In this document: one piece after another, positions 9,401-19,211 of the stretch | Position numbering within the stretch: position 1 is the first letter of the stretch | Layout of the letters: each line of letters begins with the position of its first letter | From: Trypanosoma brucei | Lineage: Eukaryota | Reading direction: 5' to 3' | Assembly (NCBI GenBank): GCA_000002445.1 | Contig: CH464491.1 | Location: forward strand, 3,648,001 to 3,712,000 | Length of the DNA: 64,000 nucleotides | Program-made: the position numbers and the translations under genes | The notes under the pieces: generated by a model | The model's input: only the letters and a program-made list of their open reading frames with translations | Databases searched by the model: none | Told to the model about the DNA's origin: nothing

Positions 9401-10164
9401 TCGCCGGTTTGAGAAGGAGCACAGCGAATTTATCGCTGCTTCTCGATACGGAGCAGGATTTCACTACCCTTTCGAGCCCATGGAGTTTTTCATATGACAC
9501 TTCTGAGGTTGGAATGAAAGAAATTCGATCTCTTACCACTTTCCTTGTGTCCGGAGACTCCGGCTTAAGTGAAGCACTCGAGTATGTAACAACTGACTGC
9601 TTACGCTCGGGGCGCTTACTGACGCTTTACGAGATAGTGCGCGGATTTTCTCTTTCACCCTACGGGATGATGGAACTCAAGTTAGATGAAGTGAGAGATC
9701 CACATTGTGGCGTTTCTTCGCATGGAGAAGGGAGTAGTGTGAGGGGTCACTTCCCACACCTGCCTACCCATGGTGAGTTGTTCCTCAATCTTTTCACGGG
9801 CATCCACGAGGAGTTCAGTTTAACACGTAGCCCACGTTGTGTGGGGAATGAGCTACGGCGCCATAGGTCCTCAGTTGTTGGTGCGGAGGTAGCGACCACT
9901 GATTTTACGCTGTGGACCCTAGCTCAGAGCATTTTATATTCCACCCCAGGTCTGCCAGAAACGTTGCGGCACCTCCGTGACCACTTCGCGATGTGGGATG
10001 AGTGTGTCTTAGCGATAAACATTATTCTTATGTGTTTTACTGATGTCGTTCATCAGCTGCGGCGACACTCAGAGCTAGTCCAAGCACTTCAGCATTTGCT
10101 GGTTGATGAGAGAAACTGCGGGTATAAGTCCTTTATACGGTATTGCCTTGAAAATGTAAGTTAG
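6418..10164 (+). CDS. Large conserved hypothetical protein (1248 aa); N-terminal half rich in beta-strand-like hydrophobic/aromatic periodicity (possible beta-propeller), C-terminal half helical
   Basis: A 3.7 kb uninterrupted ORF with balanced amino-acid composition and no low-complexity bias. ORFs of this length do not arise by chance. No family recognised with confidence; an RIC1-like or other trafficking scaffold is a guess only. Confidence 0.85.
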   Translation: MRFPSGSLAAYPLETYMVVPGERALEVSVCPTGSYAALLSGGHLHFLTCNTDVVVIGSVSICNAMGDKDYATHFLWHPLGEQLVVSTYHGRLLYFNVAIDVHRERCLTQVYRVNSLPIGCAASCVPLTNEVHLEGDAVVSLVSAGHHCFFACTATGLVRVLGWFKKNLLHTYDANFLSGGLHTFSGLDAACREHTSKDLCAGGTPITSIAILDICYSCQLELTGLLLSSGQFLLANSSAGDDFSCDNVVFNGVCVASAGTSRVCINPRHPLAVLATPTGELECKRISDDLSLTVFWIDVKCVTSDEYRGSIRCMVWTDDGEMLCVGYNQSGIMVLHYSGICVYSSHVAEYPRQHGLRPAIGIEGCASLSWCGNQLLIVDPRGLALTVLGFSKVVSSPCAEATAMFTPACTLDGSKLRFIEQQHTDGSLAFSDTVLLNPRYAVENNPITYGAISSDGSVVALAGRNGFLLFDRLARRWRTMRDRKEEREFTCVAQPVWVKDLMVVFPVRLERTHEYELRVYNRVLSKGAMLVRMPLQNKPLRLSECHDEDGDVFVHLFDDSGTLLVWRCVLSSTYPHAKHNLEVSLKLVKRVPLPRMFRNPVNMMAIHPARLSAYRTTSSPCKFRGNRDEALLPYVLFVVSGSNALIALDLNAVMNRVSVRVASEPLVPLTTIFPSGLFHLWVDYTAPLDGAVLLAVSDRGVSILHLSLDTSGGVTSSLCVNEYRVGDSTDPILAPVGLSAYDGCLLTAFADVDASQQTLSSVSHFSVRTVVVPSMYNYRVLGEVIALRSKISSSITKGPIGGASVQSVSFPWDERVLCWIEGMRRNSTLVCNADYLLCTLIDRETSSLSDSEDPCSMLRLTLSLLQRYPEYHRIVVNCLRKLELPCCPVVVDNIGSTKKLFVSCLEESRLEEAAHLLHLIMVDDGEGGKNGSLDTLRQTLVCATRILMLAVSCKKVQLIYTLLPFMALIFKELLVSDDEERLRALFSDAKGQCALAGLRRSTANLSLLLDTEQDFTTLSSPWSFSYDTSEVGMKEIRSLTTFLVSGDSGLSEALEYVTTDCLRSGRLLTLYEIVRGFSLSPYGMMELKLDEVRDPHCGVSSHGEGSSVRGHFPHLPTHGELFLNLFTGIHEEFSLTRSPRCVGNELRRHRSSVVGAEVATTDFTLWTLAQSILYSTPGLPETLRHLRDHFAMWDECVLAINIILMCFTDVVHQLRRHSELVQALQHLLVDERNCGYKSFIRYCLENVS

Positions 10165-10506
10165 GGGAGCTTTTTTTTGTTTTTTGTTTTGACTTATGAG
10201 GCCGAATCTCACAGTTTGGATTCAGAGCCTTGCCGCATCGTTACCCGTTTCATCTGCTCGTTCGTCTCACGTTTTTATTATAGCTTTGTTCATGTGGTGG
10301 CTGCTAGGTGGGCATATATACTTGTTTTTTCCCCAATATGTGCGCTTTCCCTTTTGGTTGTACGAATATGCGCGTGTATATAAACATACTTACCACTTTG
10401 GTTGGTTGTGAAGGCCGCAAGGAGCGGTTCTTGGTTCATGATTTGACTTATTATTATCATTATTATTACCACTACTTTCTGAACCGTGTGCCAGATGTAG
10501 CTCTAG

Positions 10507-11004
10507 ATGGGTTTAGAAATATTTGAGATTGACACCTCCACACCTCACACAGGGGTTGTAATCGATGGGACAACGGCATGCAGGGAAGCAAATAGCGGGT
10601 GGGTAACTCTTCGTGCTAAAACGCCACTTAGCGCGGGCCAGTGCCAGTGGGCAATGAAGGTCATTGACCAGGGTGAGGGTAATGATGGGTCGGGTCTCAT
10701 GATGGGGTTGCTTCCACGCCTAAATTCACAGCAAGAGGTGGCTATGGGGAGTAAATACATATCTGAGCTTGGTGGCTGGTGTTTGTCCCGTGCTGGAGAC
10801 TCTTACGGTTGCTGGAAGTGTGACAAGATGCCCTTTTCAACCGGCTGCGTCGTGGAGTTCGATTGGGATGCTGCAAGCCGTACTCTGTACATTGTAAGTG
10901 GAAAGAGAAAGGCGAGTGGACATATCCCAAATGTGTCCGAAGCAGACGTTGTATACCCGGCCTTTTCCATGTTCTACCTGAATCAGAAGTTGGCATTTGT
11001 CTGA
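10507..11004 (+). CDS. Small SPRY/B30.2-domain protein
   Basis: WVTLRAK...GQCQWAMKVIDQGEGNDGSGLMMGLL...GWCLSRAGDSYGCWKC...VVEFDWDAASRTLYIVSGKR matches the SPRY signature: W-x-V-x-(L/I), a 'GxxxxxxGL' stretch, and a W-x-xxxG...repeat-like C-terminal strand. 165 aa. Confidence 0.6.
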   Translation: MGLEIFEIDTSTPHTGVVIDGTTACREANSGWVTLRAKTPLSAGQCQWAMKVIDQGEGNDGSGLMMGLLPRLNSQQEVAMGSKYISELGGWCLSRAGDSYGCWKCDKMPFSTGCVVEFDWDAASRTLYIVSGKRKASGHIPNVSEADVVYPAFSMFYLNQKLAFV

Positions 11005-11348
11005 TACCTAAGATACCGCCTCGTATTGGGTGGGGAAATTCTCTTCAGCCGACGGAAACGATTCAGTGGGGTCGGAGTCCTGTCGACTTCCACGATGTGT
11101 GTGTGGTTCGAGTGTTGTTTGTGCTGCGTGCCGTCGATATATCAGAGAAGAGGGAATAATGACATGTTCGTGGTTGCATGAGGTATGGTGCCTGAACGTG
11201 TTATTGGATTCCTTGTATCATTCAACATAATGGTTTAGTTTAATTTCCCGCTGCAGCTGATTCTTCTGGACATTTAGTTCGCCCCTCCTTCTCCTTATTA
11301 CATTTCACAAGCACTTTACACCGAGGCACCTGCTGCGTAGGTGATGCC

Positions 11349-12650
11349 ATGGAACTTGATGAAGAGACGAATGCTCTCATGAGGGCTATCAAAGTAGGTG
11401 GGGCGCTTTTGATTGAGGGTCACAGTGGTAATCGGCTGCGGTATTATTATGATTCATTCCACGACTTGGCTGCGCAAGCCGGTGTACCGCGTGCGCATGC
11501 TCCTGAACCGCTGCTAGTTACCTCTATCGAAAGCCTACTGCGTAAGTTGCGAGGAGTGACCTTCTGCCACCATGTATTCTTTATCAACACGGACCTGTGT
11601 TGCAGCCAACTTGTAGGGAGTGTGTTGCTGCGTCGCGGAATGTCCAAAAATTTGCATGTGCTTACGCTTCACGCGCTGCACCACCCTGACCCCAGTACGC
11701 TGCATCTCTTGAAAGCTATGGAGCGTCGGGACGCGGCAGCTATGGCAGAACTTTCGTCTTTTACGGTTGCTACAGGTGACGCGTCGGCGGCGCCACTTAT
11801 AATCCCGCGGCGTTCCCACGATTGCGAGCGCGCCTTACGTGCACTAAATTTTTCACACGCCGCTCTGGCCGCTCGGACGACTGACGTGCACTGTTTCTGT
11901 CCTCAGTGGGTACCGATGCGGCATAGGCGAAAATGGACGGACATGTTTGTGCTTGAGTGTATATTCCCTAGTGATGATATTGCCGACAATATGCTCTCGC
12001 TTCGTAAGGCCTTAGAGGGGGCTGTTGGAAGGGAGGTGGTACTTCTCAGCGCCAGTGAGATCCGCGAAAAGTTGGAGCGAGCGGCCTTTTGCTTTACCTT
12101 TTCTGCATCGGAACGGAGCGTAGTGAATCACCTCATAGCGTCAGCGATCGACGCAGCGAGGAGAAACGGATGGATATTGATAGTGCAGACGGCACTTCCA
12201 GAGTCGTGGGATTTACGTGAGCGCGTGGTTCATCTTTGGCGTGGTGCCCGCGTCATTTCTGCGAATGGACGTATGGGAACGGTGCAGGCGTTTGATGTTG
12301 CGCAGCCGTTGTCACAGCGGTTGCCCTCTTTCTTCAAGCAGACAATGTGGCCTGTTGTCTGCCTTGACGGTGAAGCCTGTGGATCGGTTCTTTTGCCAAT
12401 TGCTTCCCCTTTTTGTACTTCGCAAGTTTCACATGTATTCGATCTGCCGTTGCGTTACGGCGCTTTTGTGACAGTGGAGGAGTTATACGTCACGACCACG
12501 CCGGAAAAAAGGGACTTCCGCCGTTGGATTGTACGTCCCAGTCTTTTTATCGGGCAGTTCCCTCTCCTCCGCTGCGTGATTGCGTCGGTTTCTTCACTGA
12601 GTCAAGTTGTGCTAACCCGTCCATTCTCGTGGGAACTTCTTTTGCGGTAG
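11349..12650 (+). CDS. Hypothetical protein (433 aa)
   Basis: Uninterrupted ORF of ordinary composition in the sense orientation of the polycistron. No recognisable motif. Confidence 0.6.
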   Translation: MELDEETNALMRAIKVGGALLIEGHSGNRLRYYYDSFHDLAAQAGVPRAHAPEPLLVTSIESLLRKLRGVTFCHHVFFINTDLCCSQLVGSVLLRRGMSKNLHVLTLHALHHPDPSTLHLLKAMERRDAAAMAELSSFTVATGDASAAPLIIPRRSHDCERALRALNFSHAALAARTTDVHCFCPQWVPMRHRRKWTDMFVLECIFPSDDIADNMLSLRKALEGAVGREVVLLSASEIREKLERAAFCFTFSASERSVVNHLIASAIDAARRNGWILIVQTALPESWDLRERVVHLWRGARVISANGRMGTVQAFDVAQPLSQRLPSFFKQTMWPVVCLDGEACGSVLLPIASPFCTSQVSHVFDLPLRYGAFVTVEELYVTTTPEKRDFRRWIVRPSLFIGQFPLLRCVIASVSSLSQVVLTRPFSWELLLR

Positions 12651-13025
12651 CCAATGTTCTGTTTACTACCCCTTCCTTATGTCTCATCATCGTTATTGTT
12701 ATTTGTTATCATCTCTCAGGTTGCTTATGTGTTTTCAAACTTCTAATTGTTATTTATTTATTTCTGTGCGTATGATTGACATATATGCTTCTCGTAAAAT
12801 AGTGGAGGTTATTATCTGGGTCTAGTTGCCAAACTATTGGGGGACCTCTGCGCTCTGTGGTGTTTCTCTGTTTATTTTTTTTTTTGACATGATCGTTGTT
12901 GTTACATGCTTTTTTAAATCTCGACGTGCGCTTTGCTCGCGGTGCTTTTTCGTGATTTCGAAGCATTTGGGCGCTGACACTTTCTCTCTTGTGGAGCTTT
13001 GATGCTCTGCACTAATATTTTCCCC

Positions 13026-13058
13026 CTTGGATTCTCCATTTCTTTTTTTTTTACTTCG
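13026..13058 (+). promoter_or_regulatory. Polypyrimidine tract about 100 nt upstream of the kinase ATG; candidate SL trans-splicing signal
   Basis: tctccatttcttttttttttacttcgc is followed by AG dinucleotides at about 13125-13135. Inferred function. Confidence 0.35.
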
Positions 13059-13153
13059 CTAACTTAACATCAATATTGCTCTCAAAAAAAAAAAATAAAA
13101 ATAAAATTGAAGTATCACTACCAAACAAGGAGTAGCAGGGTGTATGAAAGATT

Positions 13154-16100
13154 ATGACGAAAGAGGATCACGGTGAGGAAATGGTAACCCACACCCCTCA
13201 AGTGCTGAATGTACGGACTACCGGTGAATCGGTTTCAGCAAACCCATTGAGGGGCGTTGGGTTGAAGGATTGTGGCGTTTTCTCGCCAACTTCCTCTACA
13301 TTTTGTGATACAAGCCGTTTGATGGGAAATACCGGACGTAGCGTAGAAAACAGCACTGTCACATTTGTCACAGGGGCACCGGGGAAAGAGGAGGCGGACA
13401 GGCGGCATTGTCGTGTCGGCACAATTGCTGCGGTAGCACTTCTCATGCTAACTGGGGTATTTACACTTAGTTTTACGAGTTTGCTGTCAGCCCACTATAT
13501 TGGGTCTAGTGTCGTTATTGGTACTACAGGGCTTATCGAGAAGGAAGCTGTTAGGAGTGTTGTTAAAATTATGCGGTCCACTGTTCTTCAGCTCCCGGAC
13601 TTTGCGCATATCGTGAATGCGAAGTATATTCGAAATCAAACTTCTTTATATACTGTGAACAGGTTTCCCAGGGACCCTCGAGCACTGTTGTATTCACTTA
13701 TGAGCCTGCTGTCGACGTTTAAAGACACCATCGCATATTTTAAGTTTGTTCACGAGGGTGGTTCGTATGCGTTTGCTGTTAATTATGATGTAGGGGACGG
13801 TGGAAATAATTCTGTGGTGTTAGGTGCGTACAACAATGACTCGTCTCGTGCGAGTTTTGTCGTGTACGATGCGATACGGTTGAAACGTTTGCATGAAGAT
13901 TCCAATCGGAATTGGGATATTTCTCATGATTTGAGCAGGACGCTCAGTCCTTTTGGAGCAGTTGCGCGTCAATGGCATGAAAGTGGAAGCAATAAGCGGT
14001 GGATTCCAAGTGAGATTGAGCACACCGGTGAGTACTTTAATTATGTGATTCCTTTTCATGTTGGTGGCGCCCTTGGTGCATGCATTGTTGGTCTGTCAAC
14101 TGATCGCTTGCTTCTTGAGTCGCGACCCCTTGTGGAAGCCTTGCGTTCCCACGGACGTGCAATGTTGTTTGATGATTCGAGGGATATTGTTATTTTGAAC
14201 AGTTGGGGGCAGCCGCAGTCATGGGATGAAAACCCCTCTGACGGGGAGCTAGTATTCAAGCACTTGACGTTGGAGGGGATAAATGACAGCATTGTGGTTG
14301 ATTTAGTCCGGGAGATGGAAAAGCATCGTGATCCTACTACTGACCGCCTAAGCGATTCGGTTGAGTTAACGTTTCCTAATAGCGGGAGTCATGTGGATGG
14401 CCGACTGGGCCGAATTACCGACGAAAGCGGTCTGGACGTCACGTTGGCTGTGGTGACTATGCGTTCAGATTTTCTTGAAGGAGTCGTACGCACGCGGAAC
14501 GTGACTATTGTTTCCATCTCGGTGATAATATTGTTGTCCGCCGTTTTTTCCCTCGTAAGCACTTATTACTTGGTGAAGCCTCTGATGCTCCTTGTATCGG
14601 CTTTAAAAAGTGCTTCCAATTTAGAAATCCCCGATAATGCTGACATATTCTTGGGCAGATCCCGGATTGTGGAGGTGAGAAAAATACAGGGGCACTATGC
14701 GAAGCTTCGACGCCAGTTGGCGGTTTTACTAAAGTTCATCCCGGAGGCTATCTTAGCCCGCGTTGAATCTAAGAGTGAAGCTGGAGGGCATATTCGTGCA
14801 AATGGATCAGCAACTGAGACCCCTGGCGAGTCGTCCACGGCATTCGTGAGGATTATGGGGGCAAGCATCAGCGTCACTTGGAATGCTGGTGATCAGCAGC
14901 GCGACGTGGCGCTCAACTGCGGAATCTTCAAGGAAAAGCCAAATGTATTCAACCGCAGGCATTGTACCGTTATAGCTATTCAAGTGTACCACCCAGATGT
15001 TTGGAAAAGTTCTACAAAATACCATGCCGCTTTGATCGAAGTGGCTACCGAGCACTCTGGTTGTGTTGAGGCTCTTGATCCTGATAGAGCCCTCATTAGT
15101 TTCGGTGCACATGCAGCGCTTCCGATGCACTGCAGGAGATGCTGCCAGTTTGCCTTTGATTTATTCGCCAAACTTCCTTTAGATCACCGAGACTCCGTTA
15201 CCATGTTGGTGGATACCAATGAGTTTCTAGTTGGAACTTGTGGCGCGTTCTCGCGAAATGCACGAGTCCTCTTCGGCGCAGATCATCTGTTTCAACTCTC
15301 GCACGCAGTTAGGGATGGTCCCTGCCGTATTGCAGCCACATCTGGTGGAGCCTCACATATGCAAGGTTTTTTAGCTTTCCCCGTGGATTGTGTGCTCCTT
15401 CCCTGCTCCACGCTCCCCATTGTATTGTTTGAGTTGAGACCAGGAGAGAGCTCGAGTGAAGTTTCGCTTAGTATTTCCAAGCAGTTTCGCCTGGGTTTTG
15501 CGGCAATGCGCCAGGGGAGGTATGGAGAGGCGATGGCACATTACCTTCCCATGGTGAAGATGGATATGCAGGCGAAGCGCTTGATGAGGTTATGCCGTCA
15601 GCGCTGTCGGCGTAACGACACGGTCCCATATGTGCGGGTGTTGGACAACCATTACTGTGTTAATTCTAGTGATTGTAAACCTGAGGAACAGGATGAAAGC
15701 GATATCAAAGATAGGGTACCCGAGACAATTGACTCTCCACGACGTCCGGATGGGGAGGGTTCTGAAAGTGATTCATCAGACCAAGGCAGTGAATCGCTGT
15801 TCAAAATGTATGCTCCATCTTCCTCATCCTCGTTGGACGGTTCAGGCTGTGCTGAGGGTGCAAATGCTGCAGACGTCGTACCCCTTTTTCTAACCGATTC
15901 CAATCGGAATGTTTGGACACGTTCACTGAAGAAAATTAGTGAAGGAGCTTTCAGCACAATTTTCCTTGGTGTGGCTGAGGATGGGGCTCAGGTCGCCATC
16001 AAGTGCATTCCGCGGTTGCGACGTGATGTTGTGGCTGAATCTTTGGAGAAGGAGATGGAGGTGGCGTCGAAGCTCCATCATCCTAATATTGTCCGGTATG

Positions 16101-16741
16101 TGTCGTGTAGCATTACACCATCGCACCTCTCGATAATTATGGAATACGTGCCTGGTGGCTCTTTGCATTCTGTTATAAAAAATTTTGGGTGCGTCAGCCC
16201 TTATGTTGCGCGGCGCTTCACCGTCGACATTCTACAGGGACTCAATTATCTCCATAACCTTGGTATTGTTCACTGCGATGTGAAACCGCACAACGTCCTA
16301 CTGGGTACTGACGGTGTTTGCAAGTTGTCAGACTTCGGTTCAACAATATCTGAAGCGTCAGTTATGGCCAGAACCTTAGCTGATGGTGTGATGCTTCGCG
16401 GTACAGCACTATATATGGCTCCGGAAGTGGCAGCTGGTGGGCGTTGCACGCCCCAATCCGATATATTTTCCTTCGGTATTTCGTTGTTGGAGATGTTACT
16501 TGGGCGCCCACCATGGCAGTGGAGCAGCACGGCTCCAGCAGGAAGTGATGCGACTCGCCTCCGCAGCCTCTTTAACCGGGATTTGCTTTTTGTTCAGAGT
16601 CTTGCGCTCGGTCATTTAGAGCCTGTCATACCGGCTTCTGTGGATCATGAAGCGGCTGCTTTCGTCCGCGCCTGTTGCCATATGAATCCAAGCATGAGGC
16701 CTTCCGCATCCAGTTTACTTTCATATGCATTTTTGTTGTGA
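13154..16741 (+). CDS. Membrane-associated Ser/Thr protein kinase (STE-like) with two predicted TM helices, an inter-TM (ecto?) domain and a class-III nucleotidyl-cyclase-homology-like middle domain
   Basis: C-terminal kinase motifs: VAIKCI (VAIK), HRD-type catalytic loop IVHCDVKPHNVLL, DFG (LSDFGS), and APE (YMAPEVA). Hydrophobic helices sit at about aa 90-110 (IAAVALLMLTGVFTLSFTSLL) and about aa 455-485 (VTIVSISVIILLSAVFSLVSTYYLV). The region at about aa 590-760 (CTVIAIQVYHPDVW...GCVEALDPDRALISFGAHAALPMH...LVGTCGAFSRNARVLFGADHLFQLSHAV) resembles a cyclase homology domain in spacing but lacks the canonical metal-binding Asp pair (inference). An acidic Ser/Asp/Glu linker precedes the kinase. 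Confidence 0.9.
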   Translation: MTKEDHGEEMVTHTPQVLNVRTTGESVSANPLRGVGLKDCGVFSPTSSTFCDTSRLMGNTGRSVENSTVTFVTGAPGKEEADRRHCRVGTIAAVALLMLTGVFTLSFTSLLSAHYIGSSVVIGTTGLIEKEAVRSVVKIMRSTVLQLPDFAHIVNAKYIRNQTSLYTVNRFPRDPRALLYSLMSLLSTFKDTIAYFKFVHEGGSYAFAVNYDVGDGGNNSVVLGAYNNDSSRASFVVYDAIRLKRLHEDSNRNWDISHDLSRTLSPFGAVARQWHESGSNKRWIPSEIEHTGEYFNYVIPFHVGGALGACIVGLSTDRLLLESRPLVEALRSHGRAMLFDDSRDIVILNSWGQPQSWDENPSDGELVFKHLTLEGINDSIVVDLVREMEKHRDPTTDRLSDSVELTFPNSGSHVDGRLGRITDESGLDVTLAVVTMRSDFLEGVVRTRNVTIVSISVIILLSAVFSLVSTYYLVKPLMLLVSALKSASNLEIPDNADIFLGRSRIVEVRKIQGHYAKLRRQLAVLLKFIPEAILARVESKSEAGGHIRANGSATETPGESSTAFVRIMGASISVTWNAGDQQRDVALNCGIFKEKPNVFNRRHCTVIAIQVYHPDVWKSSTKYHAALIEVATEHSGCVEALDPDRALISFGAHAALPMHCRRCCQFAFDLFAKLPLDHRDSVTMLVDTNEFLVGTCGAFSRNARVLFGADHLFQLSHAVRDGPCRIAATSGGASHMQGFLAFPVDCVLLPCSTLPIVLFELRPGESSSEVSLSISKQFRLGFAAMRQGRYGEAMAHYLPMVKMDMQAKRLMRLCRQRCRRNDTVPYVRVLDNHYCVNSSDCKPEEQDESDIKDRVPETIDSPRRPDGEGSESDSSDQGSESLFKMYAPSSSSSLDGSGCAEGANAADVVPLFLTDSNRNVWTRSLKKISEGAFSTIFLGVAEDGAQVAIKCIPRLRRDVVAESLEKEMEVASKLHHPNIVRYVSCSITPSHLSIIMEYVPGGSLHSVIKNFGCVSPYVARRFTVDILQGLNYLHNLGIVHCDVKPHNVLLGTDGVCKLSDFGSTISEASVMARTLADGVMLRGTALYMAPEVAAGGRCTPQSDIFSFGISLLEMLLGRPPWQWSSTAPAGSDATRLRSLFNRDLLFVQSLALGHLEPVIPASVDHEAAAFVRACCHMNPSMRPSASSLLSYAFLL

Positions 16742-19028
16742 TGGTCAACATTAATAGGAGCTTGCAACATTATTCCCATGTGTAGAACCACTATTTTTTT
16801 CCTTTTTTTTTTTGGACGTTACCTTTTCACTTTAGAGAGTTGTTTTTCCCCTTTTTGGGAAACCGTACTGTTATTTATAATGACGTGTTCGGATATTTCA
16901 TTAGGATGTTACGATGTTATTGTGTGTTGGTTTTTCACGTAGTAATTATGATAATCGGTGGTCTGCTGTTCGTCGGCGGCGTTTGTGAAGGTGACTTTCT
17001 TATCCTTATTCCTCTCTTTTTTTTCTTTTTTTAAAAAACCTTTTTTTACATTCCGACGTTCGTTCGTTTGCTTGGTTGAGTTTTTTTTTTTAAATTGTTA
17101 TTCCCCTCCCCTCCTCTCCACACTTGTTGTTGTTGTTGTTGTTGTTCTTTTAGCGTCAGTGGTGCTTTGGTCCTTTACTTTATGTGAAGACGTTTTCTTT
17201 TCTTTTTTTTTTTTCGTGCTCATATAAATAAACAAATATTTGCTCTGTTTTACGTATTTCATTCCGTAATTGACTGCAACGATTTTTTCTTTTTTTTTTC
17301 TTTTTTACCCTCTCTCCCTCCTTTTACTTCTAAAGTTCAAATGTAGAGATGGAATGTATGCCGCTACGCCCGCTTTCCCTTTTTCTTTTTTTCTCATTTC
17401 TCTCTGCATGGCAAAACTCTTTTCCCACGTTTGTTTTCGTTTTTTTTTTTTCCTGGCCCCATTTGGATTTATACGAAATTAAATAAATAAATGTAAAAGA
17501 TCATGCATTATAACTTATTTTTCTGAGCACTTTTTATGTGGTGTTTTGTTTTGTTTTGTTTTTTTTTTTCAGTTGAAAATAACAAAAGAGGGAAATAAAG
17601 GGAGCCACCGCGCGCGCGGGTTGCGGTATTTTAGGTATTAGTATTGTGTTGTGCGGAGGGGGAGGGGTGAGAGGGAAATAATAACTTTTATCATATGACT
17701 GTACATAAATGCGTGTTTGTATTTTATGTTTTATATTTAAGTTTTCAAATGTTTTATCGTTGCGCCCACTGGTCCTGTACGTGGGCTCACACGCCATAAC
17801 CCTTCCGTTGTTTGTTGTTTGTTTTTTTTTTTTTACATTTTTAGTTGTTTTGTTTGGACCAAATATGTAAATATATTTGTCCTCTATATTTTTCACGGTT
17901 CCTGTCCGCGCCACCAGTTGCTTTTTGTACGGTTAATCCACATTTGTGTAAAAGCACTGCAATCCCTCTCTTTTTGTTTATTATTATTATTATTTTTTTT
18001 TTTTCAAAGAGGAAAAGCGCGCGTGACGGGTTAAATATCGGAACGTCTATTATATATATTTATATATATTCCCGCTTTTTTTTCTTTTCACAATCTTGTT
18101 GTCTCCTTGCATATTGAATAGGTATTTTCCCTCGTGTATAACTGCACTTATATATGCTTTAGAGGGACAGGTACAGGGACAGAAGGGAAAGAAAAAAAAA
18201 AAAGAGAACGAAAGAAAGAATAACTCATTGCTATTTAAAAAAAAAAAAATGTTTCTTTTAATGTTGTCTTCCGTCTGCCTGCATCTCTTTTTCTTTTTCT
18301 TTCTTCTCTTTGTTGGTTTAACCTGTCATACACTTCTTCTCAACCTTTTCCTCTTTTTTGCGTTGTGTGTTGTGACACGACATTTTTTCTTTTTTTTTTT
18401 GTGTATCATTAACATAACATTTGGCCAACAGTAACAAGAAAAAAAAAAGAAAACACAAGCAAAAACAAAACAAAACAGAGCAAAGCAAAAAAAAAAAACA
18501 AATAATAGAAGATTTGTTTTTTTTTCTTTGTTGCATTCATTAGGGCGTATTTTATTCGTTGAGTGACGGTTAGGCCTTTCCTTTCGGCTTTTCATCTCAC
18601 AAATCCCACATTTGTACCAAATATTTGCTGGTAGAGAACTGCGATTGGAGGTTCCGATCTTTTTTTTTTGTCTTTTTTTTTTTTTTTTAAAGAAAAATCA
18701 AAAAAGGGTGCATCTCAGACCATTCCTTTGTAGCAAACATTTGGTTTAAACAAGTGCAGGACTGTGATATAAGGAAAGGAAAATAGTTAAGTGAGCAAGA
18801 GGGAGAAATACAGAAGGGAGCGGAATATCGTCATAAACAGTTGACACGAGAGAAAGAGAGAGAAAAAAAAAGAGAGAGTTTGTGTGTGAGTTTGTGTGTG
18901 AGTGTGTGTAGTTAATATCATTATCAGCGGGTAGTGTCAGCATCTAACAACAATAAGAGGAAGAAAGCTCGTGTCGTGTGTTGGAGGGGAGAAGGTGTGT
19001 GGTATCGCGGATACACAAGCAAGAAAGA

Positions 19029-19059
19029 AAAATAAATAAATAAATAAATAAATAAATAA
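19029..19059 (+). repeat. (TAAA)n microsatellite, ~8 units
   Basis: Seen directly: aaataaataaataaataaataaataaataa. Confidence 0.95.
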
Positions 19060-19211
19060 GGAAAGAAAGCTGGAGGTGGAGGTGGGGAAAAGCGATAGAA
19101 AAGGAAAACAAGAAAAAAAAACAAAAGGAAATAATAATTCAAAAGGGAAAGTACAACGCGTGTGAGGAGAGGGACAAGTGTGTCTGTTTGTCTGTTTGTG
19201 TGTAGGAAAGT

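Noticed and set aside
12754-12966. Possible tRNA/snoRNA genes in spacers
   Set aside because: No box A/box B-like (TRGCNNAGY / GGTTCGANTCC) pair and no obvious C/D box pair with a terminal stem was found by eye. They cannot be excluded without covariance-model searches.
16840-18595. Numerous 60-130-aa ORFs in the long spacers (e.g. 16840-17034, 17534-17914, 18096-18434, 22278-22652, 22774-23166)
   Set aside because: All are translations of homopolymeric or pyrimidine/purine-rich tracts (poly-Phe/Leu/Lys), typical of trypanosomatid UTR sequence and not coding.
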